64,000 bases of DNA from Octopus sinensis (GCF_006345805.1 NW_021832432.1:124001-188000); one strand, 5' to 3'. Positions 1 through 12,677 are shown, counted from the first letter of the stretch. The notes: generated by a model from the letters alone, not told the origin. Translations and numbers: made by a program.

Positions 1-3
1 CAT

Positions 4-1494
4 CATCACTAGGGATTAAGTGCGACTACATCCCTGAGTGACCTTTCGATATGTCGCAGGATTTTTTTTTTTTTCTTTTTTGACACCATTTTTAAGTGTC
101 GAATCCTAATAGATATAGGAGCAGCTTGTATCATTTGGCCAGGGAAATTCATATGCGATTCATAGAGACCATCAACTAATACATTACAAGCTGTTAACCA
201 TCCTCCTATTTCCACTTACAATGAGACATCTATGACCTTGTATCTTAATTTGGAGAGTCAGTTCAAGTGGATCTTTACAAATGTGGATTTTCCATATTCT
301 ATTTTCTGTGCTGAATCTGGTAATGTTGGAGCTTATTCTTCTATGTTCGTCTCTTCTACTTCTTCTAAGTCGGCGATATTTCGTAAGAGCAGAAAGCAGC
401 ATTCAGGCTTTAACAGATACGCTCAAACACTTGCAATTCTCCAGATATTCTACACGTTCGAATTCTCGTGGCTGGAGTACTTCTCGAATGTGTTTGTAGT
501 GAGTCAAGGAAACCATATTTCGTTATCGCGGATTAGTGCATTTGTGCTTAGGCAACAGCAGCCGATCAGAGCTGGTGGTGTACCTATAAAATCAGCAGTC
601 ATAAGCCCTGCAAAGGGGTGTGCCTTTTTTGGCAGTAAGTTAGTAGAAGACTTTGATGTCACAACCGTAGAGGAACAGATCTACATGACCGTCAGCGAAC
701 AGATCCTACGGCCATCAGCGAACAACATTGCACAACCGTCAGCGAACAGATCTCCACAACCATCAGCAGATAGATCTTGACATTTCACGCCAGCTTTCGT
801 GCCACCGGTTGTTGCCTGTCCGTTTTCTTACGTCCTTAGCACTGCAAACTTCTATCCTATTTGTGCAATTGTATGTTTTCATTGCTTCCCTCTGACTCCT
901 ACATATATACGCTCACTTTGCTCAGCACTTGTTAACACTTCCAAATAAATTAATATACCATCTGACATTTATTTCTACATACACTTATTTCCACGTCATA
1001 CTGGGACATTGTTACATTCAAATACGCGACAACCAGCATCGTTACAAACATTTAAAATTATTAAATTGATGACAACTCTAAAACCGTTACACTGGTGAAC
1101 AGTTTCTCTACGAATTATTACACGGTCTTTCAGTCCGCGTAACAGATTTACGTTTTGATGTTAATGCACGTAAGTCTGTTCAACCATGTCCCTTCAAGTC
1201 GTCTGTTCAACCGCGAGAAAACGGCATCGCCAGGGATTAAGTGCGACTGTATCCCTGAGTGACCTTTCGATATATCGCGGACATCATTTCAAAGCGTCGA
1301 ACCTTGATAGATGTAGGAGCAGCATGCAGCATTTGGCCAGGGACATTCTTATGCGATTCGCAGAGAACATCAGCTATTACATTATAAGCTGTTAACCATT
1401 CTCCTATTTCCACTTACAATGAGATATCTATGACTTTGCATCTTAATTTGGAGTGTCAGTTCAAGTGGATACAATTGCGGGTTTTCCATATCCT
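4..1494. repeat. Two diverged ~290-bp direct copies (4-300 and 1225-1494) of an unclassified CpG-containing repeat
   Basis: Both begin AGGGATTAAGTGCGACT...ATCCCTGAGTGACCTTTCGATAT and end ...GTCAGTTCAAGTGGAT...TTTTCCATAT; about 80% identity by eye. Confidence 0.85.
659..778. repeat. Degenerate ~24-bp minisatellite, about 5 units
   Basis: Recurrent ACAACCRTCAGCGAACAGATCT. Confidence 0.75.
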
Positions 1495-1989
1495 CTTCTC
1501 CGACTCAGTCCTGCATAATTTTGGTCTTCTTGTAAATTTTAGACACTGGCAATTGATAGATTTGGAAACAGTTTTGTCTGTACAGGATGTGTACAATAAA
1601 ACTGTTACGGTCATTCCCCTTTTCTTTGCATCCGCTGACAAACTAAAATTAGGTATGGTGGAAGGAACCCGGTAAAGAATGTATAAAACAAAAGGCGGTA
1701 ACTTTAACACTTTATTGTGGTCACACGCATATACACAATGGAATGATGAATAGAATGGTTGAACTTTTATAAATATATATATATATATCTACAGGCATCT
1801 GCGTGATTTGTATGTAAGTTGTTAACCTTGGTGAGAAACTCACAAACAGCGATGTAGGAACCAGAGCAGATTTTTTTGTGCTGTGTAGACGTTGACGACG
1901 TTGGTGAGAGACATCTGGTGTGGAGACGAAGATGGAGGTCGCTGCAAGGTGGTCAGTGGTTAGACATTAGAAACTCTAGAATCAACTGA

Positions 1990-3771
1990 GATTCTTTATT
2001 GTCTACTAGAGATCAGACAAGTGACTGGACTTCAATTTGTTCATCGTCTTGATAACTAACTATAGCGCATCATTCAATCTGCTGTTCATATTTTTGCCAC
2101 TAAGTGCTGCCGGTGTGCCAAGCAATGAACAGTTAGTATCTGGTGGGAAATTTCACGCATTAGGAGAGATGAAAAACCTCTGTATCTTCCTATCATTGAA
2201 GGGGTTCTATCTGATGCACAGGCAAGAATATTACTGAGTAGGATACTATGTTCAAAAAGGAAAGACTTGAGAGTGTGAAAAATAGTTGGACCTTTTGAAT
2301 CAAGCGACAATTTCTCTGTGAACAGCATTTCCTCACAAGGTTGAAGGTCATCACTGAAATACCGAACTTATACCATCATCAAACATTGATTGTCCATAAC
2401 AGTTGATTCATCCATTTGTATAGAAAATTCAGAATGCCGGAGAATATTAATGAGCTGATGTTTGACACTGTTGGCCATTTCATCGATGCGTTAAGAAATT
2501 GTGTTATTATTAAGTGGGATCTTCTTCATGATGTTATCAGGTTTTTCGCGCATAACGGTTGACAAAACCTCTTTGATAACCAGGCGAAGTAATATTTCTC
2601 CAATTGTGTGAGACTTCCCAAACTTAGCAACAAGCAATGCAATGTTGTACGATGCAATCAACCCATCATTCTCCAGTTTACTAGTTTCCTGGAATAGCGT
2701 GCTGAATGTTTATATTTGCTTTTTAAAGAGGAGCTCGGTCGCAAAAAGTATGATAAGGGCTTGTCCTTCTTATCAGAATGCTTTGCATCAAAGTGATACT
2801 TCAAGCGTGAAGGTTTCATTGCTTCGTTGGTCAATGTTTGATGGCAAAAAAGGCACATTGGTAACTGACAGTTCTGAGGAGAGGGAATAAATCCAAACGA
2901 TAAATAATCACTACTGTACTGGCGACAAATTTTCTTGACTTGAGGCATCAGTAAAGTGAAAATGTGAAAACAAATTTCTACAGACGGCGTCAGAAAGGCA
3001 GTATGGTTTTCCCAAAGAGAAGTCAACAGAGCAGAGCCAGATGACACGTCTTTACTAGAGCAAATACGGATCTAGTTCGTTTGGCTGTCAGCATTTCAAA
3101 AATTAAAGTTTATTGAACATTTTAAAATTTGGCTCATTAATGTACCTTTCCAAGCTAAATTGCTGGAGTTATTCAACTTTTTCCAGAAAAATGTTTTTAA
3201 AAAGTTATAGAGGTTTAAAGTTTGATCATTTTCACCCAGTCAAGAAACACGATTTCAAAGCTGTCATTTTGTGCGCGACTGCACATTTTGTCAACATTTC
3301 GAAAAGAGCACTTGTGTGTTTTGATATGAAACAGCAGAATTACGCACGATATATAACTTTTTAAATTTTTTGGAGTTTTCAGAAAATGTTTGCGAATTTG
3401 AATTCTATACGCGTGACTTCATACGATTATGCAAAAAAAAAATTGTGGAGTGTGATTTAAGGTTAGGCCTATTTGGGTGCTATTTTTAGCACACATGACA
3501 ACCATCTCATTGACTGTGACAAAAATATTCGATCGGCAAACAAGTCTGCTTTTTTAATACAAAGTGATGTCTCATGCGAGTAGTCAAATCGATAAAAGCG
3601 CATCCTTATTCTAGACATGCCTAGATATCAGTGAAGGCAGACTTAATTTCTAAAAATTTGTCACCCATAAAATGTTCATACTGCCCACCATTTTCTAGAA
3701 ATTCGTCCATCGCCCACCTGTAAGTTGAAATCGCCTACCGGTGGGCGATATCGCCCACTTGGGAAGCTATG
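1990..3771 (-). mobile_element. hAT Buster/Charlie DNA transposon, left end preserved
   Basis: Terminus 5'-CATAGCTTCCCAA on the minus strand (3759-3771), flanked by 8-mer GTCTATAT with central TA; subterminal TCGCCYAC repeats; contains the transposase remnant; other TIR not found. Confidence 0.8.
2000..2948 (-). pseudogene. hAT (Buster/Charlie-type) transposase remnant, 3'-truncated, with stops and frameshifts
   Basis: BED finger RQYSSDYLSFGF...PMCLFCHQTLTNEAMKPSRLKYHFDAKH; IASYNIALLVAKFGKSHTIGE; FSIQMDEST; ACASDRTPSMIGRYRGF; HCLAHRQHLVAK. Confidence 0.95.
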
Positions 3772-3779
3772 GTCTATAT

Positions 3780-5136
3780 ACTTTGGTACCTGACTGGTGT
3801 CCATTATTTTCTCCCAGTATTCAAAGTCTTCATTGTATTTAATTATTTTTGACATTTGATCCTGGGTTACCAGTACACAATTATAACGCCATGGTATCTC
3901 AATATAAGTTGCAATATTTACGGTTATTACGTCTTCCCGAGTGTCTATCTCATTGCAGAGTTCTGTATTTGTATCGTCGTATAATACTACGTATTTTCTT
4001 TTTTCACAAGCCGGGAGGAGGGAAGTGTTGGGGTTGTTGTGTGTGCCCGTTTTTCTCTGTGTCGGAGGGGAGTGGAGAGGTTTGGCGTCTGTAGGGGGGG
4101 CAAAGTGGGTGTAGGTGTGTGTTGGGTGGATGTGGGGTTGGGGTCTGCATCCACATGATGTACTTTTTCCTATTTTTTCTTTTTCTCTTTCTAACCGTTT
4201 CCCACTAATTCCGTTTTTTGTTTGCTTCTTCTTCCATAGTACTTGGGTTTTCTTTTGTTGTTGTTGGAGTTGCGACTTCCTCCCTGCTTACGGGTCTTTC
4301 TTGGGGCTTCTTGGGCGACAGAGGACAGCCCGTTCTAATGTGGCCTTTTAGGCCACACTTGTAGCAACGCGGGGTCCTGCCATCCACTCTGACCTTGATT
4401 CTCACGTCATCTATACCGACAGCTTCTACTATATTTTCAATGTCTTCCGGGGACGCTTGGATAATCATATCCAGGGTCTGTCCTTGCCAATTCTTATGAG
4501 CTGTTCTTGTGGCCTGGAGGACCACTATATTACCTTCATTGCCTAGCAGTATGGCAGCTACTAGCCAAGCTACGTCAATCTCTGGTGGTATATCTTCTAC
4601 CTTAACCCTGGAAGCACGTCTCCCAAGGTATATGAGTAGAAGCACCACTTCTGTTTTTAAGAGGGGTGCCGAGTGTAACCTGGCAGTAACTAGCTCTCGG
4701 AAACGCAACTCCACTGTTCCGTACTTCTTTCCTCTGGCAAGGTATGAAATGCCTTGCCAGATTGGTATCAGGGCTTTTTCTACTTGTGTGGTCGTCATTA
4801 TTTCAATTTTCTTTATTTTCGTGGAGTACGTTCTCGGTATTATCGTTTTCTCTTTGGTATCTTTTATAATTTCTTGTGGGGAGAACACCTTTACTTCGCA
4901 TCCCTCCCTAACAGCATGTTCTTATGTTTGCTCAGCTCCGCCAGTTTGATGTTGTAGCTCTTGGCGACAGCCGCAAAATTTCTTTTCTTCAACTGCTCGT
5001 CCATTATTTCGACAGACTTCATTAGTTCCTCCTCGGAAGACGTAAGCTCCGAGGAGGTGAGGTTTTCGTATTCCATCATTAATACTTGGGCTAACCCTCT
5101 TCTTCGAAGGGGGAAAGCGTCAACAGACTGCCGCAA
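3780..5136 (-). pseudogene. Gag-like ORF1 of a non-LTR retrotransposon (L1/Tx1-like) with one CCHC zinc knuckle, disrupted
   Basis: ORF 4205-4888 contains GRTPRCYKCGLKGHIRTGCP (C-X2-C-X4-H-X4-C); joins ORF 4891-5136 through a frameshift near 4920; reads past a TAG into WETVRKRKRK and a Pro-rich tract; a further open frame runs to about 3780. Confidence 0.8.
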
Positions 5137-6771
5137 GGCAGTAAAACAAGTGTAACAAAGTGTTTAAAAATCACGAAACAATTTTAACGATAAACGATAA
5201 TACACACATACGTCAATGCTGTGCAGAAAAAGAACAATTTGATAGATGGTCTAGAACCAACCGATGCCGAGCCTAGGAAGAGGTGAGCTTTTATAGCTGA
5301 CAGGCAGGCTCAAATGCTTGTTTGGAACAGACTGTCTCACATGACTTATTTGAAGGCTGCGATTGGTTGGGTTGCATATTGGCGCACGATAGAGTGAGAG
5401 ACAAATTGCACCAGTATCAACCAATCGGAGTGGTAGACACAACGGTGTCCAAAACAGCGCCAAAGGTTAGCTGTTACCTGCAACGTTCGTATGTACTTAA
5501 TATGAGAGAGGAAGCTCACTAGAGTTCGCCACACATACATATGAAGTTTCAATTTATCAATATCACTCACAGGCTGTTGACTAAACTGAGATTGTGGTAG
5601 AAGACACTTGTTCAAAGTGTCATGCAGTGGGAATAAATGGTAAACAACATGGCTGCAAAGTGAGCTTCTTGAACTACACAGCGTGTTTTTGATGATATGT
5701 GTGCATACATATACTGAACTATACATTCACACATACATAAACACATGCGCATGCACATACGCACAGACACAAATATATATATATATGTATGTAATCATAT
5801 CAAAGGGAAATGGAATTTAATTAAAATTAAAAACATTTAATCAAAATTTACATTTCCAGTGGTCTAACGTGTAAAAAAAATTAAGTCAAAAAGACTAAAT
5901 TATGTGTTTAAATATACACTATATCGTATGTATGTATATGTATATATACATACATACATATATATATATATGTACACGCACACGCACGCACACACAGAGC
6001 CAACCAATATTGTTTCTCGTACGAGTGGAAACTAGATGGTAATTTGCTAATAGAAACTTTAACCTGTTTCAAACTATTGTCATCAACTTACCATAGCTTC
6101 TTGCTTTTAAACTGCAACTTCTTTTTAATGATGTTTATTCGCCATAGAAATCTGTAAACTGCCTGTGGAAGGCTAAAATCTCTTTTCTGTTAATGAGCGA
6201 GCGCGCGCTGACTAATGGTTCCCTTGTTTATTTGCCTTTTGTTCGTAAGCCTTTTGCTATTACACTTCATAAGTTACACCCACCATTAGAGGAAGAGGAA
6301 TAAACCGAAAGTGGAAGAATGATGGGGAGTAGATTACGTGGGTGGTACGTGGGTGAAGTGCAAAGCACTTCTCCTGAGATGTTATTTAATTTCTCTGCGT
6401 ACTTATAGATATATAATATTCTTGTATAACCAATTTCTAGAAACGTAAGTGTTTACATCCCACGTGTGTGTGAGTTGTATTTGAGTGTAAAAAAAATCCT
6501 TGTATGACACAATATAATCATGCTGGGTGGTACATCTTCTGAGTGCCAGGCCGAACATGCCCCCCCCCCCCCAGTTTAAAAACCAACACATTCCTGGATG
6601 TTGCGCATTTGCTTAGCTGACATTTCCTCTCGTGCAAGCGCGTTCAGACCAGTCATTTAATCCCCCACTAGTTCCTTCTACGTCCATATTTTGCCAGCTG
6701 ACATTTATTTACTTGAAGAGAAACTCTTTAGTTGGACATTGGGCCAGATTGATTTCACCATTCAAATTTGA

Positions 6772-6900
6772 TGATGGTAGTGGTGGTGGTGGCGGCGGCG
6801 GCGGCGGTGGTGATGGTGGTGATGGTGGTCATGGTGGTCGTGGTGGTCGTGGTGGTCGTCGTCGTCGTCGTGGTCGTCGTGGTCGTCGTCGTGGAGTTGT
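6772..6900. repeat. Compound trinucleotide repeat (GAT/GGT/GGC/CGT)n
   Basis: Direct reading. Confidence 0.95.
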
Positions 6901-7002
6901 GACGATCAGGAACATTGTTACACCTTCTTCGATTAACTTATAATAAAAAAAGCATGAATAAATAGGTGTAAGAGACACAGGATCAATATTTTAAAACAAA
7001 TT

Positions 7003-7401
7003 AAGGCGGCGAGCTGGCAGAAACGTTAGCACGCCGGGCAAAATGCTTGGCGGTATTTCGTCAGCCGTTACGTTCTGAGTTCAAATTCCGCCGAGGTCGA
7101 CTTTGCCATTCATCCTCTCGGGGTCGATAAATTAAATACCAGTTACGCCCTGGGGTCGATATAATCGACTTAATCCGTTTGTCTGTCCTTGTTTGTCCTC
7201 TCTGTGTTTAGCCCCTTGTGGGTAGTAAAGAAATAGGTATTTCGTCTGTCTTTACGTTCTGAGTTCAAATTCTGCCAAGGTCGACTTTGCCTTTCATCTT
7301 TTTAGAGTCAATAAATTAAATACCAGTTGCGTACTGGGGTCGACCTAACCGACTGGCCCCCACCCTCAAAATTTCGGGCCTTGTGCCTTGAGTAGAAAAG
7401 A
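7003..7401 (+). mobile_element. SINE family B, dimeric form
   Basis: AGGCGGCGAGCTGGCAGAAACGTTAGC...GAGTTCAAATTCCGCCGAGGTCGACTTTGCC unit followed by a second core unit; imperfect 18-bp flanking duplication AATATTTT(A/T)AA(AC/GT)AAATT. Confidence 0.9.
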
Positions 7402-7449
7402 ATATTTTTAAGTAAATTATTCTGAATTCTTCAAACCGAGCCAACTGCA

Positions 7450-7505
7450 AAAGACCTAAAGACAGACCAAGTGTGAGATGACGGAATGATATCCGTCATC
7501 TCAGT
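7450..7505 (+). mobile_element. RTE-clade LINE C-terminal fragment
   Basis: Translates KRPKDRPSVR*RNDIRH, matching the RTE motif RPRGRPxxRWxDDI. Confidence 0.55.
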
Positions 7506-8099
7506 TGGTCGTATTAAGGAATCTAGCAAGAAAATTTCATGATGGTTGCTTCTAATAGAGAAAGTATCTGAAGACTTTATTCCCACAACCCTTCTAGGAA
7601 TAGTGGGTGGCAAAAATGGACAGATGAAATACCACTGTAGTATTTCATGTACTATATAAACACAAATTGGTGAAGTAGTAAGCGATGGTAAAGAACGGGG
7701 CAATATATCTTACATTACTTAATAATATTGTTCCTGTGTTTGTAAGAACAAGATAAAGGAGGAAATTTATGAACATATTTCTTCCTTTTCTGTTCTTGCT
7801 ACTCAACGCAGTGGTGATTTTGTTGATCATTACAATTTGGAAGACTTCCACATCCTAATAGATAATGAAGACCAATTAATGAAATTGATGTTATTGGCAG
7901 AGACACACAACATGAAATTGGGGATCTACCAAAACTAATGGGGAAAAGAGATTTCTGGTGTGATGTGGTGAAGTGTATCTCAGTTGTAGGTGCTTGATGA
8001 AGAATATCATTGTTCTGAAGAACTAAATTTATATTTCACTGGATTTCAATCTTTGCCGTTCATCTCTCCATATGTGTGTGTTTGTGTATCTCTTAAGGC

Positions 8100-8440
8100 T
8101 GTATCGTGCGCGGAGACATAGAAATAATCGGACTGAATACCTGATCGCGCGGTTAAACCATTGGGAGTGAAGGACTCCTAGCCTTTGTTAGGGCATCCTT
8201 CTAGGAGAAGGTAACTCAGGTAACTGGGATAACTCAAACATAAAACCTGTGGCTCACTGGTTACCAATGATGTTGACTTGTTCTTCTTTTCTGATTATGG
8301 CTGCTGTTGCTTAGTGAGTGAGATTGACTCAGTGCACAGCCTTTCCTCACTTAAAAAAAATCTTCTTGCACAGGCATTGCATGATAACAACATTGATTAA
8401 GCTTCGTGCAATGGCCATACTCGATAACGAGGGAGCAGCT
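8100..8440 (+). mobile_element. Probable RTE 5'-region remnant
   Basis: GGGCATCCTTCTAGGAGAAGGTAACTC resembles the motif typical of RTE 5' regions. Confidence 0.35.
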
Positions 8441-8878
8441 ACCATGTATGTATGTATGAATGTATGTATGTATGTATGTATGTATAGATATAATTAACAG
8501 TGTGTCCATCTACTTGTGTGTGTATTTGTATGAAGATATATATCTGCCAACATCACCTTGTTCTCTCCTTCTCTCTCTGTCTACACACATGCTGTTAACT
8601 GCAATATTCTCTCCCCTCCTCCCTACCCTTTCAGGCTTGATAATTACAAGTGATTAATCTGGCTATGATCTCTTTGTATTAAAGTATTTATTGACCCTCG
8701 TACACATTTTTGTTTCTCTTTCTCTTTTTGTTCTACTTTTGCTCTCTTTCTTATTCTCTTTCTCTCATTGTCTTGGATCCTGTTTCTTGCAATCTATCTC
8801 TATTCCTATGACACACTCGTCTTTTTTACAACTCTTTCACTTCTTTTCATAGGAGTTCTTCACATACCTATCCTTATA

Positions 8879-8925
<47 letters not shown>

Positions 8926-9112
8926 TATATATATATACATATAGTGGTCGTATACTGTCAACTCAATGTGACAGTCCCGTAAAGGAATTACACCAACGCC
9001 ATTTAGCCCTAGGAAACATCGATGTCTCCTGTCGGCTTTGACACATTTTCTGTGTCCTTATATTTGCAAAGAGGAGGCAATCACCCCCGCAAGCCGGGAC
9101 AAGGCACCTGAA

Positions 9113-9146
<34 letters not shown>

Positions 9147-9147
<1 letters not shown>

Positions 9148-9360
9148 TAATAAAATTATCTTATTCTACATGTGAGAGGGGTTTCTTCCCCTTAAACTCC
9201 TGGATTCATTTCCTACATAAGTTGATGCTTTTTATTGATAACGCTTTTCTGTGTATTTATATATAAATGTAAATGTCTTCCTAAATAAAATTGCACTTCA
9301 TGTTTGAAGCTCTGATGAGTGCATTGCATCTTATAACAGAAACAACAGTAAGCTAATGGG
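9147..9360 (+). mobile_element. Penelope pLTR-like remnant with a hammerhead-like core
   Basis: AGCT-CTGATGA-N20-GAAA-C-AACA-GTA-AGCT at 9308-9354. Confidence 0.4.
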
Positions 9361-9471
9361 GATCATAACATAATTTCTTATTCCTTCGACATTGTAATTT
9401 CTTATTACTGCTCTTTAAGTGTCTGAAGCTTTGATCACAAGTCTACTCAATTTAAGACTAACTTGCAACAA

Positions 9472-9502
<31 letters not shown>

Positions 9503-9869
9503 AGCAACAGAAAATGTGTATCTAATGATGGGTCAGTGAAATAACCCCTATAGGGTTAGTCATTCTGCTAGAACAAGCAGACAATTCTCCCTCAAAATAC
9601 ACTCCCTTTTTTAAAAAGTTTTTCGCTGATTTTGCAGATTTTGCAGATTCCAGTGTCACCATCCATTTCTATTATTATGAATTTGAATCGAGAACTTGAG
9701 TCATAGAGAAGCTTTCATTGGCTGGTTACACAACCATGGATGCTGCCCTCTATGAATGTGTTCAGTTACCCTTTTGATCCAAACCCTTAATCTTCTAGGA
9801 TTTCTCAGCTCAGCATCAATGTAAGAAGCACTATTGCTCAGTCAAGCTCTTCCACTACCTCTCCACAAT

Positions 9870-10102
9870 CTTATTTCTTTCCTGCCCACATGGGACTAAA
9901 CATAGAGGGGACAAACCAGGACAGACAAAGGGATTTATTTGATCACATCGTTCCCAGTGAGTAACTGGTACTTAATTTATCGACCCCGAAAGGATGAAAG
10001 GCTAAGTCAACCTCGGCGGAATTTGAACTCAGAACGTAAAGACAGACGAAATGCCACGAAGCATTTCACCCGGTGTGCTAACGTTTCTACCAGCTGCTAC
10101 CT
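9870..10102 (-). mobile_element. SINE family B monomer
   Basis: Reverse complement of the B core (GGTACTTAATTTATCGACCCCGAAAGGATGAAAGGC). Confidence 0.9.
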
Positions 10103-10920
10103 CATCACAATCTGCCATGCTGCAGTCCCATGACTTCACCATAGGGAGGCTGAATGGGTGTGGCACCTTGTCAAAGGGCAGTCTGTAACTATACTGAGAC
10201 ATGGTCATCTCTCCAAGAAGTATTTTCAAAATATCCCTGCATACCCACCAATTATATCATGCTCTACTATCGTATACTTTACCAGTAATATAGAAATAGA
10301 AAAAAAAGTGCAATAATAGCAGAAATAATACAAGAAAGTGTAACATGAACAGCTGTTATTCATAACATTCTGAACAAAATTTAAGTGTCCTCATCAAATA
10401 ACCACATGCTCTGTCAATTATATTCGTCAGTAAACCATCTTGTTAAACTATATAATTATTGTAACTGAATTTTTTACTTATTTATTTATTTACTATTTGT
10501 TTGCTTATTTATTATTTGTTTGTTTATTATTTATTTATTGTTCTTATTTAGCCATATAGTCTTTATTTTCCATTTCAAGTACCAATGTAAAAACTTCTTG
10601 GTGAGCAGGTAATTTTTTTCTTTTTTATGTCGCTGCTACTTAACCCCAGGTCAGCTCTGATTGATCAGGAAACCACTAATGAAAGGCATTCCAACTAAGA
10701 CCATTTCCTCTTATTTTTAGACATTGTGCACCTAAAAATTACAGTATTCAATATGGCTGCCTTTTGGGGGGGGGGGTTTTGAAGAAAAATTTGCAACTGT
10801 TTCTAGCCTGTCAAGCAACCCATCCTTCCTAAAGAAGCTAAATTGTTGACTTGGATTATGTCAGCTTGTAAGTTTAAGTAACAATCACATGTGACCATGC
10901 AAATCAGTAAATGAGCCTCT

Positions 10921-11029
10921 ATGTATGTATGTATGTGTGTATGTATGTATGTATGTATGTATGTATGTATGTATGTATGTATGTATGTATGTATGCATGC
11001 ATGCATGCATGCATGTATGTATGTATGCA

Positions 11030-11060
<31 letters not shown>

Positions 11061-11064
11061 TGCA

Positions 11065-11095
<31 letters not shown>

Positions 11096-11099
11096 TGAA
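10921..11099. repeat. (TATG)n/(CATG)n microsatellite
   Basis: Direct reading; source of the YVCM/HTYI ORFs. Confidence 0.98.
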
Positions 11100-11110
11100 T
11101 GTACCAAACC

Positions 11111-11428
11111 TAGGCGCCAAACTGTTAATCGTTAATTAACGAAGTTAGCATTTTCAATAATGATTTAACTTTTAAGTTAACTTTGGAAATCATTATTGGG
11201 CTAATTAACTTCTGTTACATTTAACTTCTATTAACTCGAGTCCACTTGAGTTAACTTCTGCTGACTCAAGTTGCTGCAACAATCTTTAAGCTCAAGGACT
11301 TGAAATCCAAGGACCTCGTCTACTGCAGCCCCTTAGTTGATGCAATTTTGGCAGGCATTGACAAAAAGTTTAGGACCCTCCTGAAGGATGAGGAATGCCA
11401 GGTGGCTGCCGCCTTCCACCCCAAGTGA
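11111..11428 (+). mobile_element. Internally deleted hAT (Ac-like) element with a transposase fragment
   Basis: 11273-11425 translates AATIFKLKDLKSKDLVYCSPLVDAILAGIDKKFRTLLKDEECQVAAAFHPK, resembling the hAT C-terminal insertion region; TAGG start followed by GTTAAC/TTAACT subterminal repeats. Confidence 0.65.
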
Positions 11429-11451
11429 TTTTGTTATCATTTAGCTGAGGT

Positions 11452-11841
11452 AGGATGGCGAGCTGGCAGAAACGTTAGAACACCGGGCGAAATGCTTAGC
11501 GGTATTTCGTCTGCGTTACGTTGTGAGTTCAAATTCCGCCGGGGTCGACTTTGCCTTTCATCCTTTCGGGGTCGATAAATTAAGTATCAGTTACGCACTG
11601 GAGTCGATGTAATCGACTTAATACCTATGTCTGCCCTTGTTTGTCCCCTCTGTGTTTAGCCCCTTGTGGGTAATAAAGAAATAGGTATTTTGTCCATGTT
11701 CTGAGTTCAAATTCCACAGAGGTCGACTTTGCTTTTTATCCTTTGGAGTTGATTAAATAAGTACCAGTTACGCACTGGGGGTGATGAAGAAGACTACCAC
11801 CGCAAAAAATGTCAGGCTTTGTGCCTATAGTAGAAAGGATT
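11452..11841 (+). mobile_element. SINE family B, dimeric form
   Basis: Two core units; flanking ATT(T/A)AGCTGAGGT at 11439-11451 and 11842-11854. Confidence 0.9.
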
Positions 11842-12559
11842 ATTAAGCTGAGGTGAAATTTGACTGTTACCCACCTGGGGGGTCAATAAAGTAAAGTACT
11901 TGTCAAATTGTCATTGTCATCATCTATCCTGGGCTTTGACAGTCCATTGATGACACTTCTCTTGTGCCACCAATTACTACCCACCCCCCACGCACAACTT
12001 CCATCCCTCATTCTCATCATCATCCCTTTTCACACTATTTTCACTGATTACTTCCTTTCTCAGCCTCCACTCATCTCCTCTCCTCCTCCGCCGTACCCCA
12101 TCTTAATACCTCTTATACCTGTTGCTGTGCCACCCTTATCTCCCTCTACATTTCCTGCTCCACTCTCCCTAAGCCTTGGTCATCTTTCCCTACTTCCTTA
12201 CCTCTCATCCCTGAGTAACCTCTTTCTTTCTCTCGCTTTAACCACCCACCCTCACCCATATTGATATCTCCCACCATGCTGCACCTCCACCCGTTTCATC
12301 ACTCACTACACTCATCTCTACCTCCACCTCTAACCCTCTGTTACTCCTCCCCTCACATTCTTATAACCACACACCCTTCTCCTTTACCCTCCTCATTCAC
12401 TGATCATGTCCTCTCTTGTGCTCACTTCCTTGCTCCTGGACAGTTTACTTTGGTACTCTTTCACTACCCTGTTTATTTTCTTCTTCTCAGTTACTCCCAC
12501 CCACCCTTATGAAATGCAGAGTGACCATCTCCTCTATAGCATCTTTAGATGTTATAGAC

Positions 12560-12677
12560 CAGTATTTCTCAACCATTTTACCCTTGCATAACCCTTAAAA
12601 TAAATTACATGTCTCGAGGAACCCTTGCACAAAAATATCTTTTACATATTTTTTTCATCGCAGCTCACGTGGTAAAT

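Noticed and set aside
232-780. 182-aa plus-strand ORF
   Set aside because: No recognisable domain; partly a 24-bp repeat inside a duplicated element
4509-4949. 146-aa plus-strand ORF
   Set aside because: Antisense shadow of the retroelement ORF1
6632-6943. Gly/Arg-rich ORF
   Set aside because: Trinucleotide repeat; no coding context
7728-7940. ~70 open codons (KNKIKEEIYEHISSF...KLGIYQN*)
   Set aside because: No recognised homology and only a weak acceptor; cannot support as an exon
10803-11139. ORFs rich in [12 protein letters not shown] (also 20.4-20.9, 41.7-42.2, 43.0-43.6, 60.0-60.3 and 63.0-63.5 kb)
   Set aside because: Translations of microsatellites
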